Shown piece after piece: positions 49,289-61,576 of a DNA stretch of 64,000 nt; positions within the stretch are counted from its first letter, which is position 1, and every line of letters starts with the position of its first letter. The notes under the pieces are model-generated. The model was not told the origin of the DNA. It made no database searches and worked only from the letters and a program-made list of their open reading frames with translations. Position numbers and translations under genes: made by a program. This DNA is from Eutreptiella sp. 'Long Island Sound 2002' (lineage: Eukaryota > Protista > Euglenida): the NCBI GenBank assembly GCA_964036045.1, contig OZ038379.1:40734001-40798000 (forward strand). Reading direction: 5' to 3'.

Positions 49289-50472
49289 GGACGACGCTGA
49301 TTATGCCAACTCTCTGGGTTTTCGCGGGTCGGTGCCCTTGCTGCCTAATTTCTGCCAAATGAGTGTTCCGGAGGTAGGGGTATGTGGGGTATATTCGGAA
49401 AGTCCTTGAAAAGGGCTATTTGGAACACCCGGGTCTGCTTGCCGGCGTGACGACATGTGTGAGATTTTTGTCCATTTTGAACGGTGCTTGTGTTGTTTGC
49501 TAAGCTTGGTAGCCAGGCTAAAATACCCCGTACTGCCCGATCACAGCCACCCACATTCTCCCACAAGGAGCTTGACATTCTGACGGCCACTGAGGCCACC
49601 GCTTTAGCTGCCCAATTTTGAGATCGAAAGATGCACCCCACCAAGGCTTCGCCACATGAATTTTTGGCCACATGCATCCATGTTGATGTGGAGAAAAGCG
49701 TGAAATACAGGTTAGGGTCAGGGTTGGGTTACTTGCTAACGATGATAGTGATTTTGAATAAAAATGGATGAACGTTGCAGTGCCACGCTTGTGTGCACCG
49801 TCCAATGTGTTGTGCTACGCTCAAAAATGGCAAACTTAGGCGGCTGTAAGCGAGTGGTCGGCCGAAACCCAAGAGCGTTTCGTACCATAGTGAAAAATCA
49901 CAGTTTTTAAAACGGCCTTGTGCGGCACTGCATTTTGAAATGCTTGCCGTAACCCCTGTTTGGGGTAATAATGTATTTTCAGACCTGAGGGTCCCATCAA
50001 AATTTTCCTGTTCCACATCCACGTTTCATAGTGCAGTGAGGGAAACCCACTGTTGAAACCCCCCCCCCCCCCCCTCAGTGACATACCTGTGTGGTGTTGG
50101 CAAACCACCATTCTGTATTGACGGTTTTATGATCCATGAAACCGTCACCTATTGTGGAGCGCCTGTTTGGCACCACTCCACACACTCATGGTGCGTGGTT
50201 GCTTAGCAACCTATGAATTACCTGGAAATGAAAAGTGCAGGGTACCAAGCAAACACAGGCAAGCAGTGGACAATGCATAGTACGTTGATACAGGTATGCT
50301 CAAGCAGTATTGTATTGGTGAACAAACAGGGTGCGGTAACAAAGATAATGAACTTTGTGAATGAATACATGTTGATGAACACGTAGTCAAACCTCACACC
50401 TGTGTGTACTATTGCTGAGAAATAACATGGAAAAATGCACCAATATAGCACTGTAAAATTGCGACTTCGCCC

Positions 50473-51301
50473 AAGAACGCTCTGCAGAGCGTTCTTCAAT
50501 TGAAAACTAAAAAAAAAGGCATCCCATGTCGCAAACCACCGCCTGTTGGAACACGGGGGGCAAAACAGTCAAACTAACAGAACCAGACGCCTACAGCACC
50601 CATTACTTCTTCTTAGTCGCCGCCTTGGGCTTTGCTTTGGCCGTTGTTGCACCCTTCGCCCTGTTCTGGAACGCATCCAGGCTCCCTAAAGGTTTGAAGG
50701 GCTTGTTTCCACCACCACTGCTGGAACTGGAGCGTACGACAGTAAAATGCAACCATTGTTGAGGAGCTTCCAATAAAGAACGCTCTGCAGAGCGTTCTTG
50801 ACCAACGTTCCAATTTTGAAGGGTATTCATAATGATATTTGGTGCGGACAAGCACCATACCTTGTGGTAGCTAAGGTAAAGCAGCCTCCAAGCAATAGAT
50901 GACCAACATACCAAGTAGTAGGATAACCCAAAATTGTCTTTGTCAATTGAAGTACCCCTCAGTGGACGGCAATAACACAACATTGGCGAAGGCATTCACA
51001 ATATTGAAGTAATGGGCGCTGCAGCTGTTAACCACACTCAACAACGACCCAAACAATAGGGGCAGACACAACAGTGTAGAATCATTGCATGGGGGGTGTT
51101 TGAAATGGATTTTAGTTGAAAGAACGCTCCGCAGAGCGTTCTGGAACACAAACTCCATAAATCATGGTATGAATACACAATGTGTACACAGAAATAAAAC
51201 TCAAGCATTCCGGGGCGGTACAGTAGGCAAGCCATCAAACATAGTAAAATATGCGAGTAGTAGAGGAATTTTGGGACAAGAACGCTCTCCAGGGCGTTCT
51301 T
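50473..51301. repeat. Four dispersed copies of the 24-bp palindrome AAGAACGCTCTGCAGAGCGTTCTT
   Basis: Perfect at 50473-50496 and 50776-50799; variants at 51120-51143 and 51278-51301. Confidence 0.9.
50603..50726 (-). pseudogene. Possible terminal exon of an unidentified gene (basic tail ..AKAKPKAATKKK*)
   Basis: Acceptor-like CTCCAG at 50727-50732, Lys-rich end and TAA; upstream exons not identified. Confidence 0.3.
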
Positions 51302-51384
51302 GTTGCCAATATCCATTACCAGCATGCTGGTATTGTGTATCCAACAGGTAAATAATAGGACAAAAAAGAGCATGTGAAAGAGAT

Positions 51385-54300
51385 GTCTGCCACCGGCAGA
51401 GGAGTGCGGGGTGTCGCGAGGGCACTGAGTGCCACGCCGGGCAACCCCCCCAACGGGGACAAACCGACCCCATGGCCCTGTTGAGGGCAACTGCCGCCAT
51501 CCACCGCCTATGCAACGTGGACAAGAGATTGCCTGGCCTCGCCACCTGGAGGAGGGTACCGACGCTCGACAGCACCGCAAATACGCCGCAGTCCTTGTTG
51601 TTGCCTGCCAGCTGTCGCACCTGTGCTCCCGTGGCCATCGTCAGCAGGTCCTGTGCACCCGGCCACACCGTCCTCTGTCCCCTGAGCCGCATGCGCCATG
51701 TGTTGACCGCCGTGTCCCATGTGCGCGTCCATTGGGGCGAGCTGCCCTCCAGCGTAGGCAGGCCCAGGAGGTCGACGGTCATCTGTACGTTGGGGGCTGT
51801 GAGGTGGTGGGCTATCCATTACCGCATACCCTACTCCACCAAGCGGTCAAAGTACACGAACTCGGAGCCGCCCAGCTCAACATACTCAGCGACACGGGGG
51901 CCGGCCAGAGTTCGCCAGTACTGCTAGCCCTCCCACCCTTTCCTTGGGAGGATCATGGAGTGGGGGGGACAGGCACTGTGCCGCGTCCGCAACTAGCGCG
52001 ACCATGTTGTCGCACACCTCAGCCTCGTGGTCAGTGGCCACCGGGAAGTGATGTTGTGGCCGGGACTTACCTGCTTACCGCACGCCCGATACAGTCCCTC
52101 CAAGGCATTGCGCATTTCGGCTGATGGCAGAAGGCGTCCGCGCTGTCGAAGAACCTGTGAAGCACACGAAGGAGCTGCTTTCCTGCCGCCCCTAGCCAGA
52201 TGGCAACCCGCAGCGTCGGCAGGTCCCTCCATAGGGCCCTGGCAACCGGGTCCCGCTAGGGATGAGGGCTCTCGGCTCCCCAACGGAGGGTGACCACGAC
52301 CACGTGTGTGGTCAGGGGCTCCGCGGTGAGGTGCAATGCAACTCTCCTATCCGTATCAACGGCCGTGCCCCGCGGGGCCGTGAAGGCGTGTCCTCTAACT
52401 CCACGGATGGTAACCCAACTCCACAGGACCACAATGGTCTCCCAGCTGGGGCCCGACTTCCTCGGCCACATCACCACTGGCGGGCACGGGCCATTTGCCG
52501 TCCGCAACCTCCATTCCACCCCCACCAATCAGTCGTGGCCACGGGGCCGCAGAAACGCATCGCACGCATCAGGGGGCAAGTGGTGGACCTCTGCCCTCAT
52601 ATCGGACCCGTCCCCACGTGTGAAGTGGAGCCCCTCGAGGATGCTCCGCATCACGGGACTGGGGAGGCGAACGGATCTGACCTCCATCCCCTGCCCCAGC
52701 CGGAACCCCGGCCCGTGCTCTAGCGGACAGATCTCAGGATCCACCACGCCAGCCCGGCTGCTACTGTGGGGAGGTGCAGGGACACAGCCCACGGCTGGGC
52801 GGTGACTGCCGTGCGGGCAGTTCCGGGCAGGCCGCCACGGTGCCACCATCCTAGATACAGCTCAGCGCCCTGTTCCAACACTGTGTCCGGGTAACACCCG
52901 CCGTGGGCAGCGATCAGGACAGGACCGGTAGGTCACGACAGCGTGAGCGTGCCATCTCAACGGGTCCATGACCGCGGTGTGTGTGTGCCAAGTGCAGACC
53001 CACCCCAAGGACGCCTCCTGGAGGACAACATGTCCCTCCATGGGACCACCGGTAACAGGGTGAGCAAGACGGCTACACCACAATGCAGTGCCACCGCCCT
53101 CACGACCCTGCCCGCATGGGCAACCACGTACCCAACCGTTGGAAGCCCCCCACTTTGCGCACGCCTCCACCACGTCGCACAGCAGCACCTCGTTGCGGTG
53201 TGACCGTTTAAGGCAGAGGGCCCCACGCGGGGGATCGTCCCAAGGATCATCACCAGTTCCTGGGACCCCCTGCGGCACTAGGGGTTGAAAAAGGGCAAAG
53301 CGGCATGTGTCGGCCCTCATGCAAACCCTTTGGCCCAGCGCCTACAGGTTTCCACCTCCCGTGTCTTGGACCGCGCCTTGTTTGCCACGCCGATCTCCTC
53401 CCGCTCTACTTCATGCACCTCCCAAGCGCCCGCAATCTCAAGTCCGTCATCCTATTGAGTACCAGTGCCCTCCATCTGTTGGCAACGCTCTTGGCTGTGG
53501 CCTACCCTCTCTACCTCTGCCGCAGCCGGCAGTTCGCCGGCCACCGCCATAACCAGCGCGAGGGCCGCCTCCATGTGGGCCTCCACGTCCAACGCATCGC
53601 CCGCAGGTCCGCTCAAGTCCGGTTCCGGTGCCTCTGGCTGCCTCGCCAAGGAAGCACCTTCAGCAGCAGCCTCTGTGGCCCCTTGCGCCGCACTCCCTGC
53701 TATGCCTCCCGCCGCGTCCTCCCCTAGCGCAACGACGCGCTTTGTTGCCTGGCGTCTGCGTCCCGTCGCATGCCCACCACCACCACCAGCCGGGGGTTAC
53801 GGCCACGGTTCGCTGGGTGATATCTGCTGGAGGTGGGGGTGAGAACCGCATTGTCGACAGCGAGCGACAAGCGTTCCTCGCCCTCCACACGGAGTGCGGC
53901 CTCCGTGCCTTCGGCGTGCAGCGCCACCACAACCGCATGGGACCCTAGCGCCGGAGGCGTGAAGGGCCGCCTACCGTGACTCGGGAGCCAGGCGTCCACG
54001 ATGCTCCTCCACAGAGCCACGTAAAGGCATTCCTCCTCCAATCCATGCAGCCACGCCCCCTAAGGCTCCGCCAGGCGCACCGCCATTGGGAGGCATTCCT
54101 CCGGCTTAGCCGCCCGCACGTCCCGCGAGTGGTAGTCCAGGACCATAGCGTCCCCCAACTGGGCACAGCACACGTAGTCACTCATCAAGGGCACGTCCGC
54201 CAGGCCCATCTCCCGGGTGACCCTCCCTGGAGGCTGGAGGTCCAAGAGCTCCACGACGCCCACCAACGACGTCGCCGCCTGTTGCCCACTGCCCGAGAGG

Positions 54301-55181
54301 TGGTGCTCGTGGACGCCCTCGGCCGCATGGAACCTGCAGTGCCGCCGTTCACAACGGCGGCGGCACTGCGGTAGGCATGGACGAGAGCGGCGCGTATGCC
54401 GGGTCCGTGTCCATGCCGTGGTAGACGTTGGGCCTAGTGTCGTCCTCGTACAAGATCAACACTGTCAAGTCACTGGGCCCGCACTCCATCTCCTCCAAGA
54501 AATTCCTCCGTAGCAACGTCCATCATTCCTTGAATGTGCCCTGTAACTGCCATTGCCGGCGGCAACTCCGGTCGCGGGGGGAAAAGCGCCAAGGGCCGCT
54601 CGTCTGCAGCCTCGCTGCCCACCGCCCCCACCGCATTATACCGTGCCCTCAGGCCATCCGGCAGTCGACGCACTTGATGCCCGTGGCAAAGTCCATCTAT
54701 TACTGCATCCCGCCCGCGCATGGCTCCCCTGGCTGCACCACCCGCCAGTCCCTCCACCCCCACGGCGACTCTGTCACCCACATAGCAGCAGTACGCTCCG
54801 CGCCCAGTGCCAGTTTCTCCTCTATCACCCCCACCTCGCCCGCCCGTACTGGTGACTCCTCCTGCACAGGTCCATCCGTGTCCGGACCTTCACCCTCTCG
54901 TCCCGCCTCTGCACCAGCTAACGGGCCCAGTCCCATCTCCTCACCAGCAATCCTTCTTGCATCGCGGCAACAGGTGCACTCTCCTCGCCCCTTGCCGCCT
55001 CTCGACGGCTTGCAGCCAGTGCCTCCTTGAGCAGCAGTCTCATGTCGGCGTGGCCAGGCGTGGCAATCCCCTCCGCCGCAGGCCTCGCGTACTCGCTCCT
55101 TGCCACCCCTACGGCTGGCAACCAGGGCCTGCTCAAGCAGCACGCTAATGTCGGGGTGGGCGGTCGTGGCCATCCCTTTCA
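51385..55181 (-). mobile_element. Family C, copy 2 (3' part)
   Basis: Direct repeat of 31630-34905; extends the ORF into the protease-like motifs; truncated at ~51385. Confidence 0.85.
51400..51960 (-). pseudogene. Ulp1/SENP (C48)-like cysteine protease domain in family C
   Basis: QYWRTL...FVYFDRL (51841-51860) ... QVRQLAGNNKDCGVFAV (Cys at 51588-51590), resembling HW...YYDSL...Q..N..DCGVF. The expected catalytic His reads Tyr. Confidence 0.55.
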
Positions 55182-56591
55182 TGTACCTGCGGCTCACTGG
55201 TGGCTAAGTGGAAATGTGAAGTTGGGGCTCATTTGGGGCTCAGTTGTGCATTGCGATGTCTTTGTGCTTGTTTGTTGTGCGTTTTGCATGCTAGGTAATG
55301 TGCATTTAATGTTTTTAGAAGATTTAGATACTCAGTAAGTCAAGGTTCAAGGTGGGGAGTACTTTTTTTGGCGGCGGCTCAGTTGACTTAGCGCCCGACT
55401 TAGCCGTCACTGAGCCGTCACTGAGCCGGCTCACTGAGCGCTCCCTGAGCCGGCTCACTGAGCGCGCCAAATGGCTCAGTGAGCGCTAAGTGAGCGCTCA
55501 CTAAGAGCTAATTGCGGGCTCACTCAGGGCTCACTTAGGAGTTTCTCCCCCTTTCCGCCCTCTCTTCCCACCCTTGCTGGCCCACACTTCACCCTTTTCA
55601 CACCACCATTGGTTCGCAGTTCTCACCACCTCTTTTCTCCAAGAACTTGAGCGTGCATGAACACATACATACTTGCATACATGTACCCGTGGCGACAAAC
55701 ATACAAACATCCAAACACGGACACTTCGTCAGGGACACAAATATCCAAACACATACACACACATACACCATACACACGTCCACACACACATGCACATGCA
55801 CAAATTGACAACCACATTCATTCTTGTGTGCAATTATCTTGCGTGTACATAAACACATGGCCACATTGAACCATGTGAAGTGAAGGGCTAGGGAGAGATG
55901 GCTACGGGGTTGGGGTTCGGGGATATGAACCTAACCATTTGCGAGGGTGTTCCTTGTTGCCTCATGAAAATGGCACCCACCCACCCCATACACACACACA
56001 CAAACACACACGGGCGCGCGCGCCCTGAAGCACAGATGAGGCACAGAGGATATTGCTCGCTTCTGTGAGGTTGATCATACAACCATCGTGACGTACACCA
56101 TGACACACTCAATCCCCTCCCTCCTTATCCCCCCCGTCCCCTTTTGCCATGCATGATCCCCCCGCTTACCCCATGCCAACCCCTTCTCTTATCTTGCCTG
56201 TCGCGTCCCCTTGCCCTGCCCTTGCCATGCCTTCCCTATTTATTGCCATGGCATCGAGTGCATGATGGTGGCGGCAATGACGATGACCTTTGCAAGTATG
56301 TTGTGCTAGTGTGTGTGTTCGCGGGTGTGTGCTTGTGCCCATGCGCATGTGCGCAAGTGTGGACGGTTTGTTTCCTCTTGGTTTCTCTCATTTAGTGTGT
56401 TTGTATGTATGTTTGTGTGTGAGTCAGGGGGGGGGGGGGCTTGCTTGGATCGATGCGTGGGTGAAGGTGTCCTTGTGCGTCACTGTGAGTGTGTGACTGC
56501 ATTCTTTGGTTTCCGGTTGTCTAGGTTTGTGTGCATACGTGGATTCGTGAATGTGTGTACGCGCAGGTGTGTGTGTGTGTGTGTGTGCCAA

Positions 56592-56633
<42 letters not shown>

Positions 56634-57479
56634 GCAGCTTTTGCAGCTGTTGTTGTGGATCCTGTTGTTGGTTTTGGTGTTGTGTGGCATAGGCTTTGAT
56701 TGTGTGCGCATAACATTGTGTTTGTGGCTGCACATGCAGGTATGGTTGTGTTTATGGTTGTGGCTGTGGTTCTGGGCTTGCGTGAGGTTGTTGCCATGGC
56801 CGTTGTGGTAGCTGTCGTTTTCTTGGTGTGGTTATCGTAGTGGCTGTGGTTGCGGCTTTGGTTCTGGGTGTGGGCGTGGGTGTGGGTGTGGGTGTGGGTG
56901 TGGGTGTGGGTGTGTGTCTGCAAGCTGTGTTGTGTGTGGATTTGGTTGTGGTTGTGTCAGTGTGTGTGGCCCTGGCTGTGGCGAAGGCTGGAGTTGCAGC
57001 TTTCACTGTGGCTGCAGCTGTTCTTTGGGTTCAGGCTGTAGCTGTGGGGGGGGGGGGGGGGTAAAGGACTACAAAGAGGGGGGCTAAAATCACCATCCAC
57101 CCCCTCCCAAAAAAGACCGCACCAAGTTTACAGTGACAGTGTACAGTGACAGTGTACAATGACAGTTTATAGTGAGAGCATACGATGCGTGTAGAGTGAC
57201 AGTGTAGAGTGCTAGTATAGAGACTTGGGCGTTGTGGCGGACGTACTGTGTGTGGGGATACATTGTATGGGACCTTGAGGAGTACAGTGTACAGAGTACA
57301 GTGTACAGTGTACAGTGTATAGTGACAGTGTACAGTGATAGTGTATAGTGACAGTGTGCAGTGGCAGTGTGCAGTGTGCAGTGACAGCGTACAGTGCCAG
57401 AATACAGTGTACCATGTACAAGGATAGTAGACAGTGACAGCATTGACAGTGTACATGGACAGTGTATAGTGACAGTGTA

Positions 57480-57680
57480 CAGTGACAGTGAACCATGAGT
57501 GAGCCCTCACTAAACGCTCACTGAGCCATTTGGCGCGCTCAGTGAGCGCTCACTGAGCCATTTGGCGCGCTCACTGAGCGCTCACTGAGCGCTCAGTGAG
57601 CGCGCCAAATGGCGCATGAGCGCGCCAAATGGGTCAGTGAGTGCTTAGTGAGGGCTCACTCATGGTTCACTGTCACTGTA
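57480..57680. repeat. Local palindrome of GCTCACTGAGC / CCATTTGGCGCG units (mirrored at 59150-59350; related blocks at 55380-55530 and 61250-61390)
   Basis: GAACCATGAGTGAGCCCTCACT ... AGTGAGGGCTCACTCATGGTT. Confidence 0.85.
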
Positions 57681-59150
57681 CACTGCACACTGCACACTGT
57701 GTATTGCACACTGCACATTACACACTGTGTATTGCACACTGCACACCGCATATTGTGTATTGCACACTGCACACTGCACATTGTGTGTTACAAATTGCAC
57801 ACTGCACACTGCAATGCACACTGCACACTGTAATGCACACTGCACACCCTGTAATGCAAACTGCGCACTGTGTATTGCACACTGCACACTGCACAGTGCA
57901 CCGTGTGCAGTGTGCAATACCCAGTCTGCAGTGGCACACTGCACACTGCGCAGTGCACCGTGTGCTGTGTGCAATGCCCAGTGTGCACTGTGCAGTGTGC
58001 AATTCGCGTTGTGCAGTGTGCATTACACAGCGTGTAGTGTGCAGTGTACAGTGCGCACTGCACACTGTGTACTGCACACTGCAGACTGTGTACTGCACAC
58101 TGCACACTATGTATTGCACACTGCACACTGTAATGCACACTGCACACTATGTCCTGCACACTGCACATTGTGCATTACAAACTGCACACAGCACGCTCTC
58201 ATGCACACTGCACACTGTGTATTGCACACTGCACACTGCACACCGTGTGTTACAAATTGCACACTGCACACTGCAATGCACACTGCACACGGTGTATTGC
58301 ACACTGCACACTGTATACTGTGTATTGCACAGTGCACACTGCATACTGTGTATTGCACTGTGTGTTACAAATTGCACACTGCACACTGTAATGCACACTG
58401 CACACTGTGCAATACACTCTGCACACTGTGTATTGCACACCGTACACTGCACGCTGTGTATTGCACACTGCACACTGCACACTGTGTGTAGTGTGCACTA
58501 CACAAGGTGTAGTATGCCGTGTGTGATGTAATCCACACGGCACACCGTGTAATGCACACTGCACACTGTGTCATGCAAACTACACCCTGCACCCTGTGTA
58601 TTGCACATTGGGTATCGCACAGTGCACCGTGTGCAGTGTGCGATACCCAGTGTGCATTACGCAGGGTGCGGTGTGTAGTGTGCAATACAGAGTGTGCAGT
58701 GTGCATTACAGTGTCCACTGTGCAATTTGTAATGCACAGTGTGCAGTGTGCAGTGTGCAATACACATTGTGCAGTGTGCATTACAGTGTGCAGTGTGCAA
58801 TACACAACGTGCAGTGTGCAATACACCGTGTGCAGTGTGCAGTGTGCAGTAGACAGTGTGCAGTGCGCAGTGTACACGGCACACTACACACTGTGTAATG
58901 CACACTGCACACTGTGTCATGCACACTACACACCGTACAGTGCAAGCGTTTGGGCGCTCAGGGTGCAGTGTGCAATACACAGTGCGCAGTGTGCATTACA
59001 GGGTGTGCAGTGTGCATTACAGTGTGCAGTGTGCAATTTGTAACACACAGTGTGCAGTGTGCAGTGTGCAATACACAGTATGCAGTGTGCAGTGTGCAAT
59101 ACACAGTGTGCAGTGTGCAGTGTGCAATACACAGTGTGCAAGGACAGTGT
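57670..59150. repeat. (CTGCACA)n-type satellite forming the centre of the foldback; orientation flips near 58.5 kb
   Basis: CTGCACACTG runs on the left, CAGTGTGCAG runs on the right. Confidence 0.9.
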
Positions 59151-61576
59151 ACAGTGACGGTGAACCATGAGTGAGCCCTCACTTAGCGCTCACTGAGCTA
59201 TTTGGCGCGCTCACTGAGCGCTCACTGCGCCGTTTCGCGCGCTCACTGAGCGCTCAGTGAGCGCCCCAAATGGCTCAGTGAGCGCTCACTGAGCGCGCCA
59301 AATGGCTCAGTGAGCGCTCAGTGAGGGCTCACTCATGGTTAACTTTCACTGTACACTGTCACTGTACGTTGTCACTGTACACTGTCCATGTACATTGTCA
59401 ATGGTGTCACTCTCTACTGTCACTGTACATGGTACACTGTATTCTGGCTCTGTACGCTGTCACTGCACACTGCATACTGCCACTGCACACTGTCACTATA
59501 CACTGTCACTGTACATTGTCACTATACACTGTACACTGTACACTGTACACCGTACTCTGTACAACGTACTCCCCAAGGTCTCATAGAATGTATCCCCACA
59601 CACAGTACGTCCGCCACAACGCCCAAGTCTCTATACTAGCACTCTACACTGTCACTCTACACTCACTGTATGCTCTCACTGTACACTGTCATTGTACACT
59701 GTCACTGTACACTGTTACTGTAAACTTGGTGCGGTCTTTTTTGGGAGGGGGTGGATGGTGATTTCAACCCCCCTCCTTGTAGTCCTTTACCCCCCCCCCC
59801 CCACAGCTACAGCCTGAACCCAAAGAACAGCTGCAGCCACAGTGAAAGCTGCAACTCCAGCCTTCGCCACATCCAGGGCCACACACACTGACACAACCAC
59901 AACCAAATCCACACACAACGCAGCTTGCAGACACACACCCACACCCACACCCACACCCACACCTACGCCCACACCCACAACCAAAGCCGCAACCACATCC
60001 ACTACCATAACCACACCAAGAACGACAGCTACCACCACGGCCATGGCAACAACCGTACGCAAGCCCAGAACCACAACCACAACCACAAACAGAAGCATAC
60101 CTGCGTGTGCAGCCACAAACACAATGTTATGCGCACACAATCAAAGCCTATGCCACACAACACCAAAACCAACAACAACATCCAAAACAACAGCTGCAAC
60201 ACAAACACACACACAAACCTGCGCGTACACACATTCACGAATCCACATACACGCACGAACCTAGGCAACCAGAAACCAAAGAACGCAATCACACACTCAC
60301 AACCACTCACGCACAAAGACACCTTCACCCACGCATCGATCCATGCAACCCCCCCCCCCACACACACACAAGCAGACATACAAACACACTAAATGAGAGA
60401 AACCAAGAATGAAAAAACCCTCTACAGCTGCGCACATGCGCATGGGCACAACTACACAGGCAAGCAAGCAAGCACACACACACACACACACACATAATAG
60501 CACAACATACCTGCAAAGGTCATCGTCCTTGCCGCCACCATCATGCATGTGATGCCATGGCCAAGAAATAGGAAAGGTAGGACGAAGGGGACGGGACAGG
60601 CAAGAGAACAGAAGGGCTACGCACGAGGGAAGCGGGGGAACGCAGCATAGCGAAAGGGGAGGGGAGGGGATAAGGCGGGAGGGGGATCAATGTGTCATGG
60701 TGTAGATCAAGATGGTTGTATGATCAACCTCAAAATAGCGAGCAATGTCCTTTGTGCCCTATTTGTGCTTCATGGTGTGTGTGTGTGTGTGTATGGGGTG
60801 GGTGGGTGCCATTTTCATGAGGCAACAAGGAACACCCTCGCAAATGGTTAGGTTCATATCCCCGAACCCTAACCCCGTAACCATCTCTCCCTAGCCCTTC
60901 ACTTCACATGGTTCAATGTGGCCATGTGTTTATGTACACGCAAGATAATTGCACACAAGAATGAATGTGGTTGTCAATTTGTGCATGTGCATGTGTGTGT
61001 GGACGTGTGTATGGTGTATGTGTGTGTATGTGTTTGGATATTTGTGTCCCTGACGAAGTGTCCGTGTTTGGATGTTTGTATGTTTGTCGCCACGGGTACA
61101 TGTATGCAAGTATGTATGTGTGCATGCACGCTCAAGTTCTTGGAGAAAAGACGTGGTGAGAACTGCGGACCAATGGTGGTGTGAAAAGGGTGAAGTGTGG
61201 GCCAGCAAGGGTGGGAAGAGAGGGCGGAAAGGGGGAGAAACTCCTAAGTGAGCCCTGAGTGAGCCCGCAATTAGCTCTTAGTGAGCGCTCACTGAGCGCT
61301 CACTGAGCCATTTGGCGCGCTCAGTGAGCGCTCAGTGAGCTGGCTCAGTGACGGCGCAGTGACGGCTCAGTCGGGTGCACGGTCAACCGAGCCGTCGAAA
61401 AGAAGAAACCCCCCGAGTCAAATCGTCTTGGCCTAGGGATTTGTGTCCCTTTGGGGACATTCCAAAACCCCAACCCACCCCCGAAAGCTACAACTTTTCA
61501 CATTAAACCCCTTGAAAAACACTACTCAGCCCCAACTGAGCCCCAACTTCACATTTCCAAGTAAGCCGCACGTACA

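Larger units (their letters stand above)
55182..61576. mobile_element. Foldback (long inverted-repeat) non-autonomous DNA element, 6395 bp
   Basis: TIRs TGTACCTGCGGCTCACT / TGTACGTGCGGCTTACT plus the shared GGAAATGTGAAGTTGGGGCTCA block; CA at 55180-81 and 61577-78; arms ~55375-58.4k and ~58.6k-61395 are inverted copies; no credible ORF. Confidence 0.9.

Noticed and set aside
49710-49732. Telomere-like GGTTAGGGTCAGGGTTGGG (also CCCTAACCC near 60867)
   Set aside because: Only one or two exact units; not an array.
50473-51301. CRISPR array
   Set aside because: Spacers are 130-320 bp and irregular, there are no cas genes, and the context is eukaryotic.
56144-60548. HTAH/CTLH/VCVC-repeat ORFs, including the 296-aa ORF at 57641
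   Set aside because: Products of 7-bp and dinucleotide satellites, open in most frames on both strands.
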